From the NCBI RefSeq assembly GCF_003945235.1, contig NZ_RSDW01000001.1, positions 5,370,001-5,402,000 of the forward strand: a DNA stretch of 32,000 nt, written 5' to 3'. The notes beneath the pieces were generated by a model, which saw nothing but the letters and a program-made list of their open reading frames with translations, made no database searches and was not told the origin of the DNA. The position numbers and the translations under genes are program-made. The number at the start of each line of letters is the position of its first letter. Positions within the stretch are counted from its first letter, which is position 1. Origin of the DNA: Edaphobacter aggregans. Lineage in GTDB: Bacteria; Acidobacteriota; Terriglobia; Terriglobales; Acidobacteriaceae. Below are positions 9,127-17,291 of this stretch, one piece after another.

Positions 9127-9188
9127 AGACTTTGCGGGAACTGCGCGAATCGGGAAGCTTCGGCTAGTGTTTGTAATCTGGGGAGCCG

Positions 9189-9725
9189 CTATTTCAATCT
9201 TCTGAGGTGGCGAATCCACACCATTTTGTGGGTGTTCAGATTGTGGAGATACAGGATCAGATCGCCCTCTCGAAAGTCGACACCGTCTCTTGAGAATGCC
9301 TTCGTGACGATTTGAGGTTCCCAATACTCCGCGTAGTGGGGAACATCGGTTCTGCTAACGATGATCAGTGCTTTCTGGTAAACCGGACTCAGGTCGTATT
9401 TCCAGGAGACGACGGAGGCCACGTGCGGGAGAACCTTGTCGAATTCTGCAGAGGACATAGCTTCACAAGGTGAGTTCGTCTTGTCGATGCTCTTAAGCGC
9501 GCCGGAGGATGAGTAGGAGTACCACTGGCAGGCAGCGGGCCATGGATTGTTTTTGAGGATCTTGGGTTCGACCGAATCTGGCAGCGGCAACAGTTGCCAC
9601 TTTCCAGTAATCTCCTCGGCTGTGGCGTTTCGTGCGGACGCTGCGACTTGTGCGAGGGACAGAACGCCGCCAGCGAAGACGAGTGCCAAAGAAATCCAGA
9701 ACAGATACACGATACGCATCTTCAC
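9189..9725 (-). CDS. Secreted hypothetical protein
   Basis: 178 aa with a clear signal peptide (MKMRIVYLFWISLALVFAGGVLSLAQVAASA) and a globular-looking remainder. No recognised domain. Confidence 0.75.
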   Translation of the reverse strand: MKMRIVYLFWISLALVFAGGVLSLAQVAASARNATAEEITGKWQLLPLPDSVEPKILKNNPWPAACQWYSYSSSGALKSIDKTNSPCEAMSSAEFDKVLPHVASVVSWKYDLSPVYQKALIIVSRTDVPHYAEYWEPQIVTKAFSRDGVDFREGDLILYLHNLNTHKMVWIRHLRRLK

Positions 9726-9888
9726 GAGGGGAGGGCTCCGCAGTTTGTTTGAGTTAAATTATATCCAGCGACTCGAGGCGGGCAATCAGTTCTTGCTCTC
9801 GAACAGCCTGCGTGATCGCTTCTTCGATCCGGCTTAGTCCCGAGAAGTCGGCTCAGCGAAAGTGATCGGCAACCGTGGTGGTGGCCAG

Positions 9889-9972
9889 TTCCCGGAAAAC
9901 GGTGTTTTCGGAAACAACAACCGAAGTTGCCGCAAACGTGACTTCCCAGGCATAGTGGATCACTTAAGATCA
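9889..9972 (+). repeat. Intergenic repeat family, full-length copy
   Basis: TTCCCGGAAAACGGTGTTTTCGGAAACAACAACCGAAGTTGCCGCAAACGTGACTTCCCAGGCATAGTGGATCACTTAAGATCA. It contains the hairpin GAAAAC-GGT-GTTTTC. Confidence 0.85.
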
Positions 9973-10097
9973 CCGCCGCTCCCGCACGGATTATGATGTC
10001 TGACATAGAAGAGGCAGAGAGCAATGACTGACCACCACCTCACTAGGAGCAGGCGTCTAGCGACTGCTGCGCTTAGCTGTAAGGAATAGGGACGGAT

Positions 10098-10922
10098 ATG
10101 CGTCATCGATATTTAGTTCTGGCATTGTCGATCGTTTGTGTTGCTGCTGTTTTGCTTTTCTGGCGGAGCAAGATCTATGGTGGAAGTTCAGCAGCAGTTG
10201 CGCCTTACACGGCACATCTGACCGTGACGGAAAATAGAGTTCTGACTGGTGGCTCCTCGTGGGATGCCGTTTCCGCGGAGGTGATTGCCCGCGATCGGCA
10301 GGGAAGAATCTCTGAGAGAACTGAGCACATATCTCAGAATGGCGGCCAGAGGACGCAACGGTTTTCGTTTTTTGTGCAGGACCCGGCCAAACGGCAGACG
10401 CTAACTTGGGACTCGATAAGTCAGACAGCGGTCCTGGCGCATTGGCCGTATTGGTCAGGGCGCAAAGGCTGCTGGGCAGACGAGCATGGGCAGCATCAAT
10501 CCAGGTTTCCGAATGATGATGACTGGGACAAGGTTCCCGCGTCGCCTGGGCAAGGAAAGTTGGAGACGATTGGGTCGATGGCCGATCTGTCAGGGAATAA
10601 GCGGACCAAGACGCGCTATGTTTCGGAGAATCTTGGTCAGAAGGAAATTCACGGCTTAACTGCATATGGCATGCGATGGACCATTACGCCACTCGAAGGT
10701 GTTGGGCCGTATGGCATACCGGAAACTACTACCGAACTCTGGAAATCGAAAGAATTCGATCTAGATCTGCTTAAGGTGACGAGTGGTCCCAGGTACGGAT
10801 TGAAGCGTGTGGAACTATCCGATCTGCAGCGGGGGGATCCCGATCCGGAGCTCTTCGAGGCGCCCCAGGGCTATAAGGTTGAGACCATCGAGTATCGTCA
10901 GGTGACGTGCGGACAGAAGTAG
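10098..10922 (+). CDS. Membrane-anchored or secreted hypothetical protein
   Basis: 274 aa with an N-terminal hydrophobic anchor (RYLVLALSIVCVAAVLLFW) and balanced composition. The overlapping minus ORF 10057..10665 is an S/P/R-rich shadow. Confidence 0.75.
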   Translation: MRHRYLVLALSIVCVAAVLLFWRSKIYGGSSAAVAPYTAHLTVTENRVLTGGSSWDAVSAEVIARDRQGRISERTEHISQNGGQRTQRFSFFVQDPAKRQTLTWDSISQTAVLAHWPYWSGRKGCWADEHGQHQSRFPNDDDWDKVPASPGQGKLETIGSMADLSGNKRTKTRYVSENLGQKEIHGLTAYGMRWTITPLEGVGPYGIPETTTELWKSKEFDLDLLKVTSGPRYGLKRVELSDLQRGDPDPELFEAPQGYKVETIEYRQVTCGQK

Positions 10923-11177
10923 AAGATTGCTGTTAGCGAAAACGCAGAGTTTGCAGAGTTGACGGAGGTTTGTCGCTGGCAAGTACATCCGGCACAAAAC
11001 TTCAAAATTAGTCTTAGTGGACAATGGTTGGGGGACAGAATCTCCGACAAGGTAGAACTCTGGTCTGAGTCGCTCATGGCAGCTTGGTCGGCGAAGGGAA
11101 TATAGCGCCTTAATAGCATTCTTGCGTTCTGGGGAATGCCAACTTCTGCGACCATCCCATCTGTTGGATCGCAGTGC

Positions 11178-11213
11178 AAGAAAAACGAGGTTTTCGGCAA
11201 CTTCAACTCGCGG
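11178..11213 (+). repeat. Intergenic repeat family, partial or degenerate copy (left module)
   Basis: AAGAAAAACGAGGTTTTCGGCAACTTCAACTCGCGG shares the GAAAAC-N3-GTTTTCGG hairpin module. It lies in the 330-nt gap between convergent genes. Confidence 0.4.
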
Positions 11214-11251
11214 CGGTCGCCACACCATTTCGTCCGCTTTGGCGAGACCAG

Positions 11252-11950
11252 CTACTTCGGTGTCACTGGGAGTTGGAAATCGACGCCTGCATCGTGATTT
11301 ACTTTCTGGGTCGCAGCGAGATCAAGTTGATCGAGCGCTATATCGCGGCTCTGTTGATCCCGGACATAAAGTGTGGTGCGCGTCAGGAGGTAGTTATGAA
11401 TCTGCTCTGGCGGCCGGCCGTCTTTGAAGAGAAGCGTGACAGCGTCCGCGTTCTCCGTGGTTAGAGACGGATACGACAGCACAAACCATGTTTGAAATGG
11501 ATTGTAGGGCGTGGGCAGACCCTCGTCGGGTGGCCGCGACCCGTCCGATCCGCCATAGTTCGGCAGGGTCGCCGAATTATCGTAGCCGGCGGTGTCAGGA
11601 TATCCAGGAAAACCAGGGCCAACCCATCCTGTCCAAATGGGAGCAGCGGAGCGCATCTTCGCGCGGTAAGGCGATAGAAAGGGTCTTCGATAAGGGCTGG
11701 CGGTGGAATAAACCGGATGAGCCATGTAATTGATGGGGCCATTTCTTCGCAAGCTCGGGCTCATACTGCGAGGCATACTTCGGATGTAGTGGGGAGCGCC
11801 CGTAAAACTCCGGGTGGGGAATGCGTTGAAACCTCCGCGAGCCGGAGGTGGAGAGTGGCCTGAAAGGCCTCCATGAGATACAGAGCGCTGTGGGTAGATG
11901 GGAAGAGTAAGGCTGGCGGCCAGCAACGAAAATGCGGGCAAGCGCTTCAT
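11252..11950 (-). CDS. Secreted hypothetical protein with a Pro/Gly/Tyr-rich linker
   Basis: 232 aa with a signal peptide (MKRLPAFSLLAASLTLPIYPQ) and a compact C-terminal domain (AVTLLFKDGRPPEQIHNYLLTRTTLYVRDQQ). Confidence 0.75.
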   Translation of the reverse strand: MKRLPAFSLLAASLTLPIYPQRSVSHGGLSGHSPPPARGGFNAFPTRSFTGAPHYIRSMPRSMSPSLRRNGPINYMAHPVYSTASPYRRPFLSPYRAKMRSAAPIWTGWVGPGFPGYPDTAGYDNSATLPNYGGSDGSRPPDEGLPTPYNPFQTWFVLSYPSLTTENADAVTLLFKDGRPPEQIHNYLLTRTTLYVRDQQSRDIALDQLDLAATQKVNHDAGVDFQLPVTPK

Positions 11951-12126
11951 ATTGAATTAGTCTACGCCTGCTTCTACGTCGTGGTTGCTGCCCTATGATT
12001 GTGGCCCTCCGTTCCTGAAGCGGGAGGTTCCGAGTTGCCGTTTAGGCAACCACTTTTCCTATCAATGACAAGAACCGCTCCCTCCTGCACTTACACTGTG
12101 ATCGAAGACAGGCATGCGAGGACGAG

Positions 12127-12465
12127 ATGAGTAAGAAGGCACGAATACAGCAAACAAGACTAGAAGGATTGGAGTCGGAGTTCCAGTCACTCCTGATTAT
12201 CTGTCTCATTGAATGCTCGAAGGGTCGCTATGGACTATTCGGTCAGAACTCACATCTAGACCTCGAGGATCGTTATTGGAAGTGGTCTGAGGCAAAGCAT
12301 CTGAGGACACTTGCTGCGGACATCCGTTTGGAGCGGTCAAAAGCTGGCGAGGCTAGCCCACTTTGCGACAAGTTCCTCAGTTTGTGCGAAGCGAGAGATT
12401 CGAACACACCGGGAGAACCAAGACTTGCCGCGACCTTCCTTGGCGAGATGCGAGAGCGAAGCTGA
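12127..12465 (+). CDS. Hypothetical protein (112 aa)
   Basis: The composition is protein-like (LESEFQSLLIICLIECSKGRYGLFGQNSHLDLEDRYWKWSEAKHLRTLAADIRLE). The 3' end overlaps the convergent gene by 89 nt, so one of the two termini may be over-extended. Confidence 0.45.
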   Translation: MSKKARIQQTRLEGLESEFQSLLIICLIECSKGRYGLFGQNSHLDLEDRYWKWSEAKHLRTLAADIRLERSKAGEASPLCDKFLSLCEARDSNTPGEPRLAATFLGEMRERS

Positions 12466-13108
12466 TCTCCCGCTTTGCGGGCACTACGGGATAGCTTCCG
12501 GATTGCCTGTAATCCGCTCTCTTGTAAGACAAGCTATAAACGACCGGATTCGAAAGTCTGGCACTCGATAGCGCGACCTTCAGTGTCAGCACCTGGCCAT
12601 CCTTCGACAGCGTAAATTCGTTTTCGCGCCTGCCGTCATCCGACACAAAAACCTGCGTAATCTGATCACCCTCAAACACCTGAGTGAGTGTGCTCCGCTT
12701 GCCGTTATAGACATAGTCAGCAGGCTCTCCCTTATCGCCCGAGATCATCTCAGGTCGCGACTGCGGCCGAACACAGATCTTCCCCGACTCGAACGAGAAC
12801 GAATACGATCCCAGAATCTGCGTCGTCGCCGAGACGCGGCTTCGTGCAGTCGATCGAGTAATAAAAGACAAACCTTCCACTGCATGATCAATCGCCTTGC
12901 TCCGCGCCTCTTCCTCCTGCGCGCTCCCCGCATAACGATACGTCCCGGTAAACCGCGCCCGCTGATCGGCTGACGCCGCAGTCGCCGAAGACTTCGCGGC
13001 GTCGTTCGCCGCTGTCTGTACCTCACCTTCAATACCGACCACGAGAACAGGGCAAAGAAACAGAACGATGACTATCAAATCCCGCCAAGGTTGCATGATC
13101 TTCTCCAT
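12377..13108 (-). CDS. Secreted hypothetical protein
   Basis: 243 aa with an N-terminal hydrophobic segment (WRDLIVIVLFLCPVLVVG) and a beta-rich body (YSFSFESGKICV, QVFVSDDGRRENEFTLSKDGQVLTLKV). The alternative ATG at 13096 is preceded by GGAGAAG. The last ~45 aa look low-quality. Confidence 0.7.
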   Translation of the reverse strand: MEKIMQPWRDLIVIVLFLCPVLVVGIEGEVQTAANDAAKSSATAASADQRARFTGTYRYAGSAQEEEARSKAIDHAVEGLSFITRSTARSRVSATTQILGSYSFSFESGKICVRPQSRPEMISGDKGEPADYVYNGKRSTLTQVFEGDQITQVFVSDDGRRENEFTLSKDGQVLTLKVALSSARLSNPVVYSLSYKRADYRQSGSYPVVPAKREISFALASRQGRSRQVLVLPVCSNLSLRTN

Positions 13109-13717
13109 CTGCTCAGGTTCAGGGCTTCGGCACCCAAGTTATCGCCAGAATACTCTCGCCACGATCAGGCTTTCTTCCGGGAGAAAGCCCGATCGAGCGA
13201 CTCGCGCCCAGCCGCTCCGCTGTCCTTTCGCCACCACATCAGATAACTTGGTCTCCTCAGTTTCCGAGAAGATCAAAGCCCCTACATGGACGCAAAGAGC
13301 AAATCGAGTGCGGAGGTTAAGTTGTCAATTTTCGCTCAATCGACTCCCGGATTCAATGCTTTTCAGGTCGCCTCGTTCTAATAAAATTGTCAAGACAAAA
13401 TTAGCTTGCAATCGGATCAATATAATACATGTATTCATATACTTACAATGGATAGTGCAAGTATGACATCTCCATTGACGGGAGCGCTATTACTATTTTC
13501 GGTTCCTTCATTTGTATGGAACGTTACAGTGGGGCAGGTATGGCGCGAAACATCGTTTCTACAACCAGGCACAAGCGGGACCTGAATGGAGAAACATGGC
13601 GTCGCAGGCTGCGCGAGTAGTGCTCGCACATAACCTCAACGACTCGCATCCTCAACGACCCTCGCTCTCCAATTCACGGTGCAGAGGCCGCCGCTAAGGT
13701 CGCTCGCCACCTTTGCG

Positions 13718-14539
13718 CTAGCGGACTTTACCGGCGGAGTTTTCAAGGACGACGTTGGAGAGGATCGCTGTATCGGACTTGTCGGGCTGGTGCGAGCAGA
13801 AGCCGATGCCGACGTAGAAGGGCTCGTCGAGGTGCAGTTGGATGGGCGGTCCGAACTGGTGCATGGGTTCGCCATCGAGGCTCATGAAGACGGCGAAGGA
13901 GTCGCCGCGCTTTTCAATGCCGATACGCTTGGGAACGATGACGACCAGGCTGTCGGGGCTGGCGCCGCCGGGACGGCCGCGGCTTCCCATGCGAAACTCC
14001 ATGTCCTTTACGCGGGTGGACTTCTCCGGGCGCTGCGCCAGGTGGACCATGCCGGCGCCGTGCAGGGCAACCATGGCCTCCTTTGAGTCGTCATCGAGGC
14101 TCTGGCGGATGATGACGAATGCCTTGCGGTCGCCATAACCATTGGGGTCAGGGAAGGAGATGTCGGCTGCGAGAGAGACGTCGCCGGACATCTTCTTCCA
14201 GAGATAACGGAACTCATCGCGGGTGTACCAGACGTTATAGCCGGCGGAGTTGATGGTGTACGTTTTCGTGGCAGCGTCGTAGCTGGCGCTGCCCGGCAGC
14301 AATGGGCCTCCGATGTCGGATTGACCCTCGAAGATTCCGACTGGGGTGTCGAAGGATTTTGTTGGACGATGGAAGTCAAGAGGTGGCGCTACCTGCGTGT
14401 GCGTGGGGGAGCCCGGCTGCGCCCATGCGGGTACGGCGGGCGGAGGAGTCGCCGGACCGGTGGGCGCTTGCGCGCGGAGCAGATGCAGTACGGCGCACAA
14501 GAGTAGTGCCACAAGCGACAGCCGGTAATCGAGTTTCAT
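13718..14539 (-). CDS. Secreted concanavalin-A-like lectin/glucanase-fold protein
   Basis: The internal ATG at 14539 gives a signal peptide (MKLDYRLSLVALLLCAVLHLLRAQA). The body (GIFEGQSDIGG, NVWYTRDEFRYLWKKMSGDVSLAADISF, FYVGIGFCSHQPD...AILSNVVLEN) resembles, from memory, the jelly-roll domain at the N-terminus of many acidobacterial TolB-like proteins. The 88 codons upstream in the track ORF look non-coding. Confidence 0.75.
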   Translation of the reverse strand: MKLDYRLSLVALLLCAVLHLLRAQAPTGPATPPPAVPAWAQPGSPTHTQVAPPLDFHRPTKSFDTPVGIFEGQSDIGGPLLPGSASYDAATKTYTINSAGYNVWYTRDEFRYLWKKMSGDVSLAADISFPDPNGYGDRKAFVIIRQSLDDDSKEAMVALHGAGMVHLAQRPEKSTRVKDMEFRMGSRGRPGGASPDSLVVIVPKRIGIEKRGDSFAVFMSLDGEPMHQFGPPIQLHLDEPFYVGIGFCSHQPDKSDTAILSNVVLENSAGKVR

Positions 14540-14843
14540 GGTGAGCGAATGATACAGATGCCCCAGACAAACAACCACAGCGCAGAACAGGAGAGCGGCA
14601 CCTTCGACGCGGCAATTGCCGGACGACCGAACGAGTACCACTAGGTTGGAGTCAGAGTAGACAGGCCGCCTCAATGTCAGACGCGCCATGGGTATAACGC
14701 TCAATTTGGTGGAGACGACTGGGAGCCACACCATTTCCTCCGCACGCTTACAAAAGGGAGGGGTCTTCGCGGATAGGGCATCACTTCCGTGTAGAACCGA
14801 CACCGCCCGATTCAGATATCGGGCGTTTTCTTTGGAGGGAGCG

Positions 14844-16382
14844 ATGTTTTTATGTCAGCCTTTACTTGATGTGCTTGCCGGGCGCGGCATTGAGGACATC
14901 GACGCTTTCATTAAGGTGCCGTCATGGAATGACCTTCCCGATCCATTCTCAATTCCGTCGATGGAAAAAGCCACTACCCGCGTCCTTTGCGCTATCCGGA
15001 GACGCGAACGCATCATCATCTTTGGTGACTACGATTGCGATGGAGTCCTGGGAGCCCACATCTTACGCAGCGCGCTAAGCGCTCTGGGAGCGCCGGCCAG
15101 AGTATCTCTGCCTCATCGGGATGAGGGCTACGGGCTGAGTTCTTCAGCAGTCCATCACTTCTCGCGCAGCGGAACGGACTTGCTTATCACTGTCGATAAC
15201 GGCATTAATGCGCGGGCGGCCGTGCGGTTGGCCCAACGCCTCGGGATCGGCGTCGTGGTGATCGATCACCACCGCATCCAGGAGCAGGCAGAGACCACCG
15301 CAGTCTGGTCCGATGGATTCTGCGGAGCGGGCCTGGCCGCGATGTTTGCCTGGGCTCTTGCATTGCGGGCAAAGTGGACCGATACGAAGATTGAGTACCT
15401 ACTATCCGGGTGCAGTCAATATGCAGCAATCGCTTCAATCGCCGATTGCGTACCACTGCTCGATGGCACACGAACTCTGGCCAGGCTGGGTCTCGCCGAA
15501 CTCGCCCGATCGCGCCACAAGGGGCTGCAAGAGTTACTCAAGACCTCTTGCACCGATCCATCCCAACCGGATTCGCGCGACGTGGCATTCGGTGTTGCTC
15601 CGCGGATCAATGCCGCGGGCAGAATGGCCCATCCGGCTGAGGCCCTTGCCGTGTTCGAGGCAGCGATGAACGAAGAGGCCGCACAACGGAGCGTCGAAAG
15701 GCTCAACCAGTTGAACCTGGAGCGCCGGCGTACCGTGAAAGTACATTTTGAAGAGCTTGTCGAGTCGCTCGGAACAAACATTCCAGCTGGCCTGGTAGCT
15801 TATCGCGAGGCCAGCCCGAAAGGGATCGCGGGCCTCCTCGCAAGCAAGTGCGTTGAGAGATACTCGGTTCCCAGCATCGTGCTCGTGCCATCGACCATTC
15901 CCGGTCAAGTCGTTGGATCAGGAAGAAGCGTTCCCGGCGTCGATCTCGTCGAAACTCTGCGGCCGCTTGGGAAACTGTTTCTTCGTTTTGGAGGACATAC
16001 TCAAGCTGTCGGTTTAACTATGGCTGTCGCCCGCATCGAGGAATTCCGGGAGAAGTTCGCTCGGTCAGTGGAACCTCTGGCGAGACGAGATAGTCAGAAA
16101 CCTGATGGCGAAGCTGAACTCAATCTGTCGTTCATGGGGCGCCATTTCGATGAGCAACTGCTTCTGCTCGAGCCGTTTGGAGAAGGGAATCGGCCTCCAA
16201 CATTCTCCATCTGCATGGCCGAAGTCCTGCGTGTCAGAAACAGATGGGTACGGATAAGGCAGGGTAGAAGCAGCCTCGAAGCACTCTGTTGGGATGTTCC
16301 GGTTCGAGAACAGATGAAGGGAGATTTCCTGGTTGAGTTTTACGGCAAAACCCGGATTTTGCGCGGTTTCACCCCTCGATAA
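14844..16382 (+). CDS. recJ: Single-stranded-DNA-specific exonuclease RecJ (DHH/DHHA1 family)
   Basis: The DHH motifs appear in order: IIFGDYDCDG, HRDEGYGL, LITVDNG, VVVIDHH, then the DHHA1 motif FGGHTQAVG and the C-terminal LLEPFGEGNRPP plus an OB-like tail. I chose the ATG at 14844 because GGAGGGA precedes it; the track ORF begins at 14688. Confidence 0.88.
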   Translation: MFLCQPLLDVLAGRGIEDIDAFIKVPSWNDLPDPFSIPSMEKATTRVLCAIRRRERIIIFGDYDCDGVLGAHILRSALSALGAPARVSLPHRDEGYGLSSSAVHHFSRSGTDLLITVDNGINARAAVRLAQRLGIGVVVIDHHRIQEQAETTAVWSDGFCGAGLAAMFAWALALRAKWTDTKIEYLLSGCSQYAAIASIADCVPLLDGTRTLARLGLAELARSRHKGLQELLKTSCTDPSQPDSRDVAFGVAPRINAAGRMAHPAEALAVFEAAMNEEAAQRSVERLNQLNLERRRTVKVHFEELVESLGTNIPAGLVAYREASPKGIAGLLASKCVERYSVPSIVLVPSTIPGQVVGSGRSVPGVDLVETLRPLGKLFLRFGGHTQAVGLTMAVARIEEFREKFARSVEPLARRDSQKPDGEAELNLSFMGRHFDEQLLLLEPFGEGNRPPTFSICMAEVLRVRNRWVRIRQGRSSLEALCWDVPVREQMKGDFLVEFYGKTRILRGFTPR

Positions 16383-16457
16383 GTGCGATTTCCGGGCTGG
16401 TTTGACAGCGCTTCTCTTTCATGGGAAAACAAGCCCACGAGGGGAGAGGAGGGCGAC

Positions 16458-17291
16458 ATGCAGACCCCGGCTACAGAGATCGATCAGATGATTGTTCAGT
16501 TGAACGAATTTATTCTCCCCAGTTCACTGATGGAGAGCTTTGACGTATACCGGGAAGAATCGGTCAAGAGTGCCGCTCGCAGTTTCAATGATGCCCAACT
16601 CTCGTGGTTTTTGGACATGCTGAATCGGTTTCGAGGGTCCGATGACCGCAAAGACTCCCTGGTCGATATCTTTGATCCGGGCATGTACACCTGCGACCAT
16701 CCGGCGTGGGAGGCTGCCCCGGGAACCCGGATCGAGATGCCGGCTTTAACCTCCGAGGTGGCAAGACTCGTAGATCGCAATTCGGAGTTTGCCGAGATCG
16801 CGAGGGAGGAGATCAGAGAGTTCCGCGATCACGCCGAAACCTATGCCGACGACGAGATCCTGGGATTGGCACAGATTGCGGCAGCGGCACTGGTTGACCA
16901 CGGAAGATCTTTCCATGGACGAGAGGAGGCCATTCGATATCTCGCACTCAATGCTAGCGCCGTGCTCGAGGATCTTTGGGCCACGGATGACACACTATGG
17001 AAGAACGCCCCGGCGCGGCAGATCCAGTTCGACGATATGCTCGCAAAGCGCAAGGCGGATCTGCTCAAGCTCGAATCGACTCATCCCAACTTCGAGAAAA
17101 GCGACTTTGCTTGTTATGCTGATAGCGAGATTCGGAGGTTCGCTTTCGACATCCGCAGCCTGTTCCTGACCGGCCACGCCAAGCACCTGGCAATTTGCAC
17201 GCGGTGCCAAGCGCGGTTGGAATCATGGACGAAGCTGGTCGAGAAGTTCGAGCAGAGCGCGTCCATACATAATGGGCGAACTGATGCGTGA
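16458..17291 (+). CDS. Acidic soluble hypothetical protein with a C-terminal zf-HC2 (anti-sigma ZAS-type HxxxCxxC) motif
   Basis: 277 aa from ATG 16458, with the RBS GGAGAGGAGGG upstream. It has no TM segment and is rich in D/E. The C-terminus FACYADSEIRRFAFDIRSLFLTGHAKHLAICTRCQARLESW matches the pattern of anti-sigma N-terminal domains (C...H-x3-C-x2-C) but sits at the opposite end of the protein. Confidence 0.75.
   Translation: MQTPATEIDQMIVQLNEFILPSSLMESFDVYREESVKSAARSFNDAQLSWFLDMLNRFRGSDDRKDSLVDIFDPGMYTCDHPAWEAAPGTRIEMPALTSEVARLVDRNSEFAEIAREEIREFRDHAETYADDEILGLAQIAAAALVDHGRSFHGREEAIRYLALNASAVLEDLWATDDTLWKNAPARQIQFDDMLAKRKADLLKLESTHPNFEKSDFACYADSEIRRFAFDIRSLFLTGHAKHLAICTRCQARLESWTKLVEKFEQSASIHNGRTDA

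Noticed and set aside
7906-9129. Target-site duplication flanking the IS30-family element
   Set aside because: The flanks read CGG and AGA, so I cannot support a 2-3 bp direct repeat. The boundaries rest on the inverted repeats only.
9925-9950. Sigma-54-like promoter on the reverse strand of the repeat (TGGGAAGTCACGTTTGC)
   Set aside because: The GG-to-GC spacing is 1-2 nt longer than the TGGCAC-N5-TTGC consensus, and the motif is not kept in copy 6326..6405.
10057-10665. 202-aa minus ORF opposite the 10098..10922 gene
   Set aside because: It is an S/P/H-rich shadow. The + frame has an N-terminal anchor and balanced composition.
12390-12420. GAGATTCGAACAC resembling a tRNA T-loop (GTTCGAATC on the minus strand)
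   Set aside because: The flanking bases do not form a T-stem or acceptor stem and no cloverleaf can be drawn. The site lies inside overlapping protein ORFs.
13068-13697. ORFs 13068..13466 (+), 13435..13629 (-) and 13512..13697 (+) in the long intergenic gap
   Set aside because: They have poor composition and no RBS or motifs, and they cross the AT-rich island. I treat the gap as non-coding.
16458-17291. Possibility that the ORF upstream of the CHAT protease is a bacterial gasdermin
   Set aside because: The protein is strongly acidic and helical-looking, has no N-terminal Cys or beta-rich pattern, and ends in a zinc-finger motif. That does not fit gasdermin.
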